From Alkalispirochaeta sp. (GTDB lineage Bacteria; Spirochaetota; Spirochaetia; DSM-27196; Alkalispirochaetaceae), in contig OZ271854.1 of assembly GCA_965601925.1 (NCBI GenBank), positions 2,912,001 through 2,976,000 of the forward strand: DNA of 64,000 bases, given 5' to 3'. The notes beneath the pieces are model-generated. The model did not search any database. It was not told the origin of the DNA and saw only the letters and a list, made by a program, of their open reading frames with translations. Position numbers and translations under genes: made by a program. The stretch's first letter is position 1, and every line of letters begins with the position of its first letter. Shown here piece after piece: positions 30,639 to 39,523 of the stretch.

Positions 30639-30964
30639 AGTGTGTCGTTTCAATTCCTCTGCTACCAGTTGGGCGGAGCCTACTCCTGCCGCAACTCGTT
30701 CTTGTGGGTTCATGCAAATTAAAAACCAAATATGGCAGGCCGGGCCGTCCGGCAACCTCGTTTCTACGGCTCGAATCCAGTTTCACCCTACTATAGTTGA
30801 ACGTTTGTGAGAGTGCACCATTGACGTTCTTCCGTCGCGGTCCGGTATCGCGCACCGAGAAGGACGTCACTGAGATAGGTGAATGCGTACGGGCCCCGAT
30901 AACAATACTGGGAATGAGGCGAACGCACGGTGTTGTCCATGGTGATTCCGCATACAGCTACGCG

Positions 30965-32221
30965 CTACGCCTCAATCTCGTTCGAGCCCCTGGCGGCGGC
31001 GAAGGGCGTGCGAACGGTCCACATAGTAAAGGGATCGCGGCGCAGCGAAAGCTCCGCATCGATCTGGTCGGCCAGGGCTCTCACAATACGCAGCCCTCCG
31101 GACTTTGGATCGTCGATTCCCACCGACTCGGGAATGCCGATCCCGTGGTCCTCGATGTCGACGGTAAGAACGCCCTTTCGATGGTTTAGAAAGACCCACG
31201 CCGGGCGATCGGGCAGGTCCTGGGCATAGGCGTGCTTGACGATATTGGAGAAGAGCTCATTGATAATCAGCCCGAGGGGAATCGCCGTCTCCATCTTGAC
31301 CGCGACACGCTCGACACCGTCGGTCGAGATGTGGAGCGACGTGATGAGGCCGCTCCTGAGATATCCTTCGATGATCGCTTTCACAAACGCCTCGATCTCT
31401 ACAACCGAGACGCCGGCGGTTTGGTGAAACATCTCGTGCGTCTTCGCCATGGTCTGTACCCTGCGCTCCGCCTCGCCCAGAATCTCAACGATCGACGCGT
31501 GTGATTCCCGCTGTTCTTCCTGTTGTATTGAGAGGAGACTGGCCACGATCTGTAGGCTGTTTTTGGTACGATGATGGAGCTCCCGGAGGAGGGTGGCGTT
31601 GCGGTCCCTCAGGGATTCGGCCTTTTCCAGCGCCTCGGCACTGAGGTGAATTTGCTCTTCCAAGTGTGCTTTGCGACGGTTCACCTCTTGCCACGCCGCT
31701 TTGCCGATGGCCCAATACATCACGCAAACCATACCTACCCCGGTAATCCAAAGCATGATGAATACCGCCGCTCGATCCGTCCACGCGTAGACACTCGCTA
31801 CCAGGCCGACGACATAGATTAGTGCTGCGGGACCCAATCTAATGAAGGGTTTCTCCCCGAATATCTCATAGGCGATTCCCAGTGCGACTCCGACACCGAA
31901 GTAGACCAGACTTGTCAATTCATTCTGATCTGCGGAGAACGCCCCGACGCACGCGAAGAACAGGCACGCGTATGTTTGAATCCACTGAGCCACTCTTTTC
32001 TTGGAAAAGGCGGTGTAGAATCCGACCGGTATCCATATTGCCGTGAACCAAACATTGCTGTGGCTTGCCGCGTCGAGCATTGAATAGTCAAAGACCGTCA
32101 TGCGATATGTAAACGTGAGTCCGGCCGAGAATATGGAGCCTATACCAATAGCGAGTCCAATGGTTCGCTGGAGGCGTAGCGGTATCACGTTTGCAGATTT
32201 ACTCGAAGTGCTGTTGTTCAT
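30965..32221 (-). CDS. Sensor histidine kinase (~6 TM + HisKA_2 + HATPase), paralog 2
   Basis: Same motifs as paralog 1; divergent TM domain. Confidence 0.92.
   Translation of the reverse strand: MNNSTSSKSANVIPLRLQRTIGLAIGIGSIFSAGLTFTYRMTVFDYSMLDAASHSNVWFTAIWIPVGFYTAFSKKRVAQWIQTYACLFFACVGAFSADQNELTSLVYFGVGVALGIAYEIFGEKPFIRLGPAALIYVVGLVASVYAWTDRAAVFIMLWITGVGMVCVMYWAIGKAAWQEVNRRKAHLEEQIHLSAEALEKAESLRDRNATLLRELHHRTKNSLQIVASLLSIQQEEQRESHASIVEILGEAERRVQTMAKTHEMFHQTAGVSVVEIEAFVKAIIEGYLRSGLITSLHISTDGVERVAVKMETAIPLGLIINELFSNIVKHAYAQDLPDRPAWVFLNHRKGVLTVDIEDHGIGIPESVGIDDPKSGGLRIVRALADQIDAELSLRRDPFTMWTVRTPFAAARGSNEIEA
31004..31638. repeat. 635-bp direct repeat, copy 2 (kinase core)
   Basis: Appears identical to 29421-30055. 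Confidence 0.9.
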
Positions 32222-32338
32222 AGTATGCCGGCCGACCCTCCGCTACCGTCTCACACGGCGACGGTCGTCCGCATGCTCGAATGGTGCGGGCTTTGCGACG
32301 CGCGGTCACCCTCATGGGTCGACTCGCGAAACTGCGTT

Positions 32339-33634
32339 CTATGCCTCGACATCATCCGCGTCGGTATCGGCGCCGGCGATTAAAGGGGTCCGAATAATCC
32401 ACGTGGTAAAGGGATTACGGCGCAGCGAAAGCTCGGCGTCGATCTGGCCCGCCAGGGCCTTCACAATGCGCAACCCACCGGATTTGGGATTATCCACTCC
32501 AACCGAGTCGGGAATGCCTATACCGTGATCTTCGATCGTGACGGTCAGGGCTTTCTCTTGATAGTTCAAAAAGACCCATACGGGACGGTCGGTCAAGTCC
32601 TGGGCGTAGGCATGTTGGACGACGTTGGAAAAGAGCTCGTTGATGATGAGTCCGAGGGGAATCGCCGTATCCATCTCCACCGCGACGTGCTCGACTTCGT
32701 CGGTTTCCACAAAGAGAGAGGTTATCAGGCCGCTCCGGAGATACCCCTCGATGATCGCCCGGACGAACAGCTCGATCCCGACCACCGATACGCCGTCGTG
32801 CTGATGAAACATCTCGTGCGTTTTGGCCATCGTCCGCACCCGTCTTTCCGCCTCGTTGAGAATGTCGCCGACCGATTTACGCGAGTCGTGTGTCTCCCCC
32901 TGTTGGATTGAAAGGAGGCTGGCCACGATTTGTAAGCTGTTTTTCGTACGGTGGTGAAGCTCTTTGAGGAGCATCGCGTTGCGATCCCGTAGTGACTCGG
33001 CTTCTTTGAGAGACGTTTCCAACGCCTCGGTACGGAGACGGATCTGTTCTTCAAGATGTGCTCTACGGCGCTTTATCTCCTGCCACGCCGCTTCTCCTAT
33101 AGCCCAGTACATCACGCAGACCATGGTGATACCGGTAAACCATAAGATGAGAAAAATGGTAACTCGATCGGTCCACCGATATACGCTTACGATCACGCCC
33201 ACTGCGTAAAAGAGAATAGGTGGACCCAGCGTAAGAACCGGACGCCGTGTGAATAGATCATACGCAATGCCAAGTGCCAATCCGACGCCGAAAAACACCA
33301 TGCTGGTCAGCTCATTTTGACGAGCACTGATGGCTCCTATGCACGCCACACAAAAGCATGCATAAGCTTGGACCCAACGGGCCAGTTTTCGTTTTGAAAA
33401 AGCGGTATAGAAACCGGCGGGGATCCAAAGGGCGACGAACCACACCCCAAGATCCGAAACGGCAACTCGAAATGGGAGGCCGACGACCGTAACGAGAGAG
33501 ACTAATGTCAATATTGACGTACTAATCGAACCAAATGCTATAGCTAACCCGATGATTCGCTGAAGGCGAAGTACAATCGGGTTAGGAGCAGGCCAGATCG
33601 TATCATTGTACTCGGACGTCTGCCTCAGTTTCAT
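32339..33634 (-). CDS. Sensor histidine kinase (~6 TM + HisKA_2 + HATPase), paralog 3
   Basis: KELHHRTKNSLQ, NELFSNVVQHAY, DHGIG; start could be TTG at 33652. Confidence 0.9.
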   Translation of the reverse strand: MKLRQTSEYNDTIWPAPNPIVLRLQRIIGLAIAFGSISTSILTLVSLVTVVGLPFRVAVSDLGVWFVALWIPAGFYTAFSKRKLARWVQAYACFCVACIGAISARQNELTSMVFFGVGLALGIAYDLFTRRPVLTLGPPILFYAVGVIVSVYRWTDRVTIFLILWFTGITMVCVMYWAIGEAAWQEIKRRRAHLEEQIRLRTEALETSLKEAESLRDRNAMLLKELHHRTKNSLQIVASLLSIQQGETHDSRKSVGDILNEAERRVRTMAKTHEMFHQHDGVSVVGIELFVRAIIEGYLRSGLITSLFVETDEVEHVAVEMDTAIPLGLIINELFSNVVQHAYAQDLTDRPVWVFLNYQEKALTVTIEDHGIGIPDSVGVDNPKSGGLRIVKALAGQIDAELSLRRNPFTTWIIRTPLIAGADTDADDVEA

Positions 33635-33661
33635 GAACGATACCAACGGCAATGAGTTGTT

Positions 33662-34216
33662 CTACCACACCTCTCTAATACTCGCAGTAGAATTATAAAT
33701 CTCATCCATCGCCGGACAATCAACCGCCTTGATGCGACGCACCAAATCATCGTGTATTATATCATAATCGAACGCGCCTGAAGCGACGGGATTGTATTTT
33801 CCCATAGCCGCGTCGATCTGAGTGTCGCGCTTGTAGTCGACGATCATGGTTAGGGCCAAGAGCGCCATACCCCGATCGATAATCGCCGCGTCACCACCGC
33901 GAAAGTTCATGATCAGCCGGAGACGGTCGAGGATATCGCCGTCGTCGCTGGGATCGGCGTTGAAGAACGGCTTGGTTTCGCGCACCGATAGAATGTAGGT
34001 GCCGAGGTGGGCAACGGCGGTACGCGTCGGTTGATCGCACCCTGCGAGAAAGGGGATCGCTGCGATCAATCTGGCGACCGGCTTGTCGTGGAACCGTGCA
34101 CGCTCTTCCTCATCCATACGGAACGAACGACCAACCGCCTCGGCGATCTCCGGCCATTGTGCGGAGAACACGCGCGAGAAATCGAGGGCGTTATTGACGG
34201 ACATGTCACGTAACAT
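33662..34216 (-). CDS. Hypothetical 184-aa protein with isoprenoid-synthase-like Asp motif and C-terminal Trp
   Basis: GGAGGT RBS; DPSDDGD and DYKRDTQIDAAMGKYNP motifs; ends STASIREVW. Confidence 0.7.
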   Translation of the reverse strand: MLRDMSVNNALDFSRVFSAQWPEIAEAVGRSFRMDEEERARFHDKPVARLIAAIPFLAGCDQPTRTAVAHLGTYILSVRETKPFFNADPSDDGDILDRLRLIMNFRGGDAAIIDRGMALLALTMIVDYKRDTQIDAAMGKYNPVASGAFDYDIIHDDLVRRIKAVDCPAMDEIYNSTASIREVW

Positions 34217-34802
34217 GGGCAGATACCTCCGGAAACGTTATTGGATGTGGTGAAAGGCAATGCTGATGTGCTGTCTTTACCGTATCAAGATTTGCGCATT
34301 TCGGTCAATGAGAAATGGTTTCTATTGACATTTGACCATAGCGCCGCCGGCAGAATCCGCCAACCGCGTTCCGTCATCGCTACAAGCGAGCGGCGGAGGC
34401 GAGTACGTCCCGAGTCGTCTCTGCATTCGCCTCGCCGGACACCGCAGCGGCGGCCCGCACTCCAACCGTACGGGTGCGTATCTGCCTGCTCATCGGCGTT
34501 CTATCCCTTAACCTAACTACCATAAGGTAGTTGGAGCGTGCCCGCCGCGGCACATAGTGGAAGACTCGCACAGGGAGAGGCGTTCGACCACGGACGGTAG
34601 GTGGTATCGTGACCACGACGAACGGTGTAAGAACCGGGCGGAACCGACACATCGCACTGCGCGCCTCGTGATGCTCTTGAACCGTCTTATCGCACAGCCG
34701 GCCGGTTTTATTCGGCGCGGGGCGGTATAATAACTATATTGCATATACACGAACCGAAGGGGGGAACGGTGCGTGGAGAGCCCGGTCGAAGGAGGAGCTT
34801 GT

Positions 34803-35807
34803 ATGACCGACCACGGGACACCGTTTGTCACCGTGCGGAAGATCCATTCCTCGAGGAGCGTTGTCTGCGGTTCATCGGGTGAGGCGGCGGTCGCGGAACT
34901 GCAAAGCGATCACAGCGGTCCGTTGCACGGTGCCTCCGAAAGTATCGGATCGAACGCGAAAGACGGAGATCCGGCGGTCTATCGACACGCCGACATCGAC
35001 GGCGCAAAGACGGCCTATCTGCGCATGGGGCGGGGCGAGCCGGTCCTCCTTCTCCACGGCATCGGAAGCTACTCCTACATTTGGCGCAATGTGGTACCGC
35101 TTCTCACGGATCGATTCGAGGTGATTGTGCCGGATCTGTTGGGCTGCGGTTACTCGACCGCCGCGCCGAACAAGCCGCTCGACCTCCGTGCACAGTACGA
35201 GCAAATCCTACGCTTCATACAAACGCTCGGTATACCGTCTCTGCACGTCGTCGGGCACGACTTCGGCGGCGCGATAGCGCAACTCTTGGCGATACACTCA
35301 CCCGAGGTGGTCAAGACCTTGATGCTGGTGAACTCGATCGGATACGACTACTGGCCCGTTACCGCCGTCAAAGCGGCTCGTTTTCCCATCGTGCGTCAGT
35401 TGGTCATAGGGCTCTTGGACAAGACCGTCTTTGCGTCGATGTTGCGTCGCGCGGTCTATTTCCCGGAACGCCTCACAAAAGGGGTCGTCGATCAGTATAG
35501 ATTGCCGTACCGAGCGGCGGCCGCTCGTCGAACGTTGATGCGTCTCCTGCGTTCTCTCGAACACGGGTATCTCGTCTCCGAGGCGCCCGGACTCAAACAC
35601 CTGACGATGCCCGCCTGCGTCGTCAGGGCCGCCAACGACGTCTATCTCAGCCGAGCGATCGCCGTCCGTCTGGCCGCAGACATCCCGACGGCGCGCTTGG
35701 TCGAAATAGACGAGGCGGGTCACTTCGTTCAGGAGGACAAGCCCGAACGGGTCGCAGAGCTCTTCCTCGAACTTGCCGGAGCCGACGGCGAACGACGTAC
35801 GCGGTGA
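34803..35807 (+). CDS. Alpha/beta hydrolase (epoxide hydrolase/dehalogenase-like, Asp nucleophile)
   Basis: LLHGIG, PDLLGCG, GHDFGG, AGHFVQED; GGAGGAG RBS. Confidence 0.88.
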   Translation: MTDHGTPFVTVRKIHSSRSVVCGSSGEAAVAELQSDHSGPLHGASESIGSNAKDGDPAVYRHADIDGAKTAYLRMGRGEPVLLLHGIGSYSYIWRNVVPLLTDRFEVIVPDLLGCGYSTAAPNKPLDLRAQYEQILRFIQTLGIPSLHVVGHDFGGAIAQLLAIHSPEVVKTLMLVNSIGYDYWPVTAVKAARFPIVRQLVIGLLDKTVFASMLRRAVYFPERLTKGVVDQYRLPYRAAAARRTLMRLLRSLEHGYLVSEAPGLKHLTMPACVVRAANDVYLSRAIAVRLAADIPTARLVEIDEAGHFVQEDKPERVAELFLELAGADGERRTR

Positions 35808-37764
35808 TGCACCCTTGGAAGATCTCCGTAACGAACTGAAGCTTCTGAGGGAGGAGAACGAGTTCCTCACCCACGCCGCCGAAAACATTCACCTCCTCAA
35901 CGCCGTTGCGGAGTATATGGCGCTTCGGCCGGAGTCGGAGGGCGTTTTTTCGACGTTAATGGAGAGTCTTGCCGCCGTCAAAGAGTGCGATCACCTCGCC
36001 CTGCTCGCCGTCGATGGCGGTTTTCGGTTGGTCGAGGAGTATCCCCACCGAGACGCGTCGACCCGACCATGGCGCTCTCATCCCCTGCCGACGAACTATC
36101 GCGACATCAACACGCGGGAGATCTCCCTGATACGCGTTTTGGATGAGGCGGGATTCTGGCACGACGTCGCGCGCGATCTATGGGCTCCTCGGGAGATAGA
36201 TCGCATGCTGGTACTGCCTTTTTTTCGGCAAAGTCGTCCTTATCGCATCTTGATACTGACGTTGCCGACCGATGAGACCGACGACCTATCCGGGTTTCTC
36301 TCCATACTGGAGCGGATTCGCGACTTGGTCGAATCTCGCGTCCGCATGAACGAGATGATTGCGGAGATCAACACGTTGAACGACCAGCTGCGACGGAAGC
36401 TGGCACGCGAGCTGGCGATCAACGCCGACCTTCGTGAGCAGGTCGCGACGGAGGTGACCTTCGACTCCAAGACGGGACTGTTAAGTCGCTACGGATTCTT
36501 TGAGAAGTTCGCGGAGATCATCGGCACGGGGGACCATCGCCATTTCGCCGTCATGAAGGTGAATATCAACCGCTTTGCCACGGTAAATCACACGATGGGA
36601 ACCGACGCCGGCGACGTGATCATTCGCGTCACCGCCCAGCGGATTCAACGTGCGCTTCGTTATACCGACCTCTTGGCGCGGGTCGGGAGCGACCATTTTT
36701 TGATTCTTCTGGTGCAGGAGCGGGACGAAGAGCGAGGTTCACGAGAGATTCAAATAGCTCACCACATCTTCGACGAGATGGACACACCGTTTGCGTTGCA
36801 CGGGAAGGAGGTGCTTCTCTCCATCAGCATCGGCATTACCTATCCCGCACCGGACCGGGAGATCGTGCCGGAAAAGCTCGTCGACGAGGCCCACGAGGCG
36901 ATGGTTATCGCCAAAGAGAAAAACGAGAGCAAGTTCGAGATTTACTCCGGGAGCGTCGCGGCGGGCAGTAGAACGGAGAAGCTCCTGGAAATTGATCTCT
37001 GGAAAGGCATCAAGGACGACGCCTTTTTCATGCTGTTTCAGCCGATCGTCAGCCTCGAGACGGGACGCGTTGCCAAGTTGGAGTCTCTGGTGAGATGGGA
37101 CCATCCGACTCTGGGGCAGGTTGCGCCGAGTCGGTTCATTCCGATCGCCGACAAGACCGGTCTTATCGTCGAGCTCGGGAACTGGATTTTGCACGACGTG
37201 GCCCGGACGCTCCGCGTACTCGACGAGCGGTATCCACAGAATCCGGAGGTGCCGGTTTCGGTAAACGTATCGGTCAAGCAACTCATCGCGCGAGGATTCG
37301 TAGAGAGTATCCGCGAGCTCAACTCCACGCTCTCCCGAACGTCGTGGAAGCTGGGAATAGAGATAACCGAAAGCGAACTGATTCGATATTTCGACAAGAC
37401 GAAAGAGGTGTTGGAGAACATATCGTCCACCGGCATCGCCATCAGTCTCGACGATTTTGGAACGGGCTACTCCTCGCTCAGCTATCTTCCGAACTTGCAG
37501 TACGACAGTATCAAGATTCCGCGAGAGTTCATTAAGGCTATCACCGAGAACCGCAGTCACAGAAACATCGTCAAGGCGGTCATCGACTTGGCCCATACCC
37601 TGGACAAAGAGGTCATCATAGAGGGAGTGGAGACCAAAGAGCAGCTGACCCTGGTCAAGGGCCTGGAAGCCGATTACGTCCAAGGCTATTACTTCCTGAA
37701 ACCGGCGACCGAGGCGGAGATCATCGACCGGCTTCGACACGACACCTTTCGGTTTGCGTTGTAG
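35773..37764 (+). CDS. GGDEF(degenerate)-EAL protein, probable c-di-GMP phosphodiesterase
   Basis: RVGSDHF; FQPIV, ESLVRW, EITES, DDFGTGYSSL, EGVET, QGYY. Confidence 0.9.
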   Translation: MPEPTANDVRGDAPLEDLRNELKLLREENEFLTHAAENIHLLNAVAEYMALRPESEGVFSTLMESLAAVKECDHLALLAVDGGFRLVEEYPHRDASTRPWRSHPLPTNYRDINTREISLIRVLDEAGFWHDVARDLWAPREIDRMLVLPFFRQSRPYRILILTLPTDETDDLSGFLSILERIRDLVESRVRMNEMIAEINTLNDQLRRKLARELAINADLREQVATEVTFDSKTGLLSRYGFFEKFAEIIGTGDHRHFAVMKVNINRFATVNHTMGTDAGDVIIRVTAQRIQRALRYTDLLARVGSDHFLILLVQERDEERGSREIQIAHHIFDEMDTPFALHGKEVLLSISIGITYPAPDREIVPEKLVDEAHEAMVIAKEKNESKFEIYSGSVAAGSRTEKLLEIDLWKGIKDDAFFMLFQPIVSLETGRVAKLESLVRWDHPTLGQVAPSRFIPIADKTGLIVELGNWILHDVARTLRVLDERYPQNPEVPVSVNVSVKQLIARGFVESIRELNSTLSRTSWKLGIEITESELIRYFDKTKEVLENISSTGIAISLDDFGTGYSSLSYLPNLQYDSIKIPREFIKAITENRSHRNIVKAVIDLAHTLDKEVIIEGVETKEQLTLVKGLEADYVQGYYFLKPATEAEIIDRLRHDTFRFAL

Positions 37765-37919
37765 GCGGTCGCACCCCTGCCGATCCGTCCGGCGATAGGC
37801 CGTCTCGGTGAAGACGACGATACACCGACGTACGCCGTACCGTTTCGGCCGGTGTCGGTACGAGGAGTGCGACGCTCATAGACCGGATGTCGGAATCATT
37901 CCGCGTATGGTGCTTGATC

Positions 37920-38270
37920 TCAGCCGGGAGACGACGCAAACAGCCGCTCCAGCTCGGCCCGATCCGGTGCGATCGCCGTTCCGCGGTCGGTACGCACGAT
38001 CGGCAGGCGCGCCAAAGAGGGTGTTTCGGCGATTTCCTCGATCGGATCGTAATCCATGTAGTCGAGACCGCGCTTTTTGTAGGCCGCTCCGTCGCGATCG
38101 ATTAGACGGTCCGCCCCGCCGACCGCCGCGGCGAAACGCTCCAGCTCACCGGCGGAGAGCGGCCGCTTGCGAACTTCGCGCACCGCGAATCGAATGCCTC
38201 GCTCGCTGCAAAAGCGCTCGACGGTCCGCACGGCGTTGGTGCGCTTATCGCAAATGATCTCGGGAACCAT
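37920..38270 (-). CDS. ArsC/Spx family protein
   Basis: PLSAGEL...LIDRDG..YKKRGL...PSLARLPIVR. Confidence 0.75.
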   Translation of the reverse strand: MVPEIICDKRTNAVRTVERFCSERGIRFAVREVRKRPLSAGELERFAAAVGGADRLIDRDGAAYKKRGLDYMDYDPIEEIAETPSLARLPIVRTDRGTAIAPDRAELERLFASSPG

Positions 38271-38398
38271 GCGCGCATTCTAACGGCGTCGCCGACGTCC
38301 GCCAAGAGAGCGAGACTGCGACGCGAAGGTATCCGCGACCGTCGTGTATTACGACCGTGTCGATCGAGCCCGTGTGCGAGTCGTGATATAGTCTTGTC

Positions 38399-38974
38399 GT
38401 GGTGATTCCGTCCGCGCTTCGCGACCATATCGACTCCATTTCACCCCTTAGGAACGCGACGTGGGAGGCGCTCCGAGCATTGTTCGCGCCGCGGAAGCTG
38501 AGTCGGCGGGAGATCTTCGTGAAATCGGGACGGGTGGCGACGGAGGTGGGACTCCTCGAATCGGGATACGTGCGATCGTTTTTCGTGACCGAGGACGGCG
38601 CGGAGTACAACAAGCATATGTTTGTGGCGCCCTCCGTTATCGGCGACTACGCCTCGTTACTGTCCGGTCGACCGGTGCGTCTTCCCCAACAGGCGCTCAC
38701 GCCGTGCGCGGTCTGGGTCGCCGATTACCGTCGTATCCTGGAGCTGGAGCGCCGGTTCGACGATCTGAGGCGGTTGGCGCGTCGCTTTGCGGAGGCGATG
38801 TATCTTGAGAAGGAGGAGCGTGAACTCGAAATGGCCACGATGTCGGCGAAAGAGCGCTACCTCAAGCTTCGGCAACGATATCCCGAAATGGAGCGGGAGA
38901 TACCGCAGTACGAAATTGCCTCCTATTTGGGCGTCACCGCCACGCAACTGAGCCGCGTTCGTGCCCGTCTGTAG
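38399..38974 (+). CDS. Crp/Fnr family regulator
   Basis: cNMP-domain GYVRSFF; SAKERY...IPQYEIASYLGVTATQLSRVR. Confidence 0.9.
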   Translation: MVIPSALRDHIDSISPLRNATWEALRALFAPRKLSRREIFVKSGRVATEVGLLESGYVRSFFVTEDGAEYNKHMFVAPSVIGDYASLLSGRPVRLPQQALTPCAVWVADYRRILELERRFDDLRRLARRFAEAMYLEKEERELEMATMSAKERYLKLRQRYPEMEREIPQYEIASYLGVTATQLSRVRARL

Positions 38975-39028
38975 CGCCATCAACATAGGTACATGACCAA
39001 CCTCATACACCGTGCGTATCATGCACGT

Positions 39029-39466
39029 ATGACAAAGCATGACACGACATACCCCGGCAGGATGTGGCGCATTGTGTTCGCGGCGGCGGCGGGTTGGACT
39101 GCGTTGGGTGCGATCCCCGCCCTGACAGACACGGTGCGTACCTTTCAGCGATTCTACGGATTCGCACCGGAATCGACGCTGGTGGTAGAGCTCTTTCGCG
39201 GGGCCTGGGGGCAGTCGCTGCTCTTCGCCCTGGGGTACCTCTTGGCCGCTATCGACCCATGGCGTCACGCCGGGCTCGTCGCTCTCGGAGGCGTCGGAAA
39301 GGCGGTCTACGCGTTCAGGCTCCTCGGCGATGTAATCTCCGGTGAGGGTGGGCCGCTTGCGATCGTCGCGCTTGTCGGCGATCTCATCTTTGTGCTGCTC
39401 TTCGCGCTCTTTCTCGCGAATACCGGCGCGTTGAGGTCGTTGCTGCACCCGTCGCGGTCGGATTAA
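39029..39466 (+). CDS. Hypothetical 4-TM membrane protein
   Basis: Four hydrophobic helices; directly downstream of the Crp/Fnr gene. Confidence 0.65.
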   Translation: MTKHDTTYPGRMWRIVFAAAAGWTALGAIPALTDTVRTFQRFYGFAPESTLVVELFRGAWGQSLLFALGYLLAAIDPWRHAGLVALGGVGKAVYAFRLLGDVISGEGGPLAIVALVGDLIFVLLFALFLANTGALRSLLHPSRSD

Positions 39467-39523
39467 GAACGGGCTACCGAGTCTGGGCGAAGTCACGCGG
39501 AAACGGCGCGGCGGTCGTCCTTG

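Noticed and set aside
30790..30940. 49-codon minus-strand ORF (MDNTVRSPH...) between kinases as a candidate signal peptide
   Set aside because: No clear RBS, no counterpart between the other kinases, and no precursor features
34451..34468. CCGCACTCCAACC shared with ~10956-10968
   Set aside because: Too short to distinguish from chance without a genome-wide count
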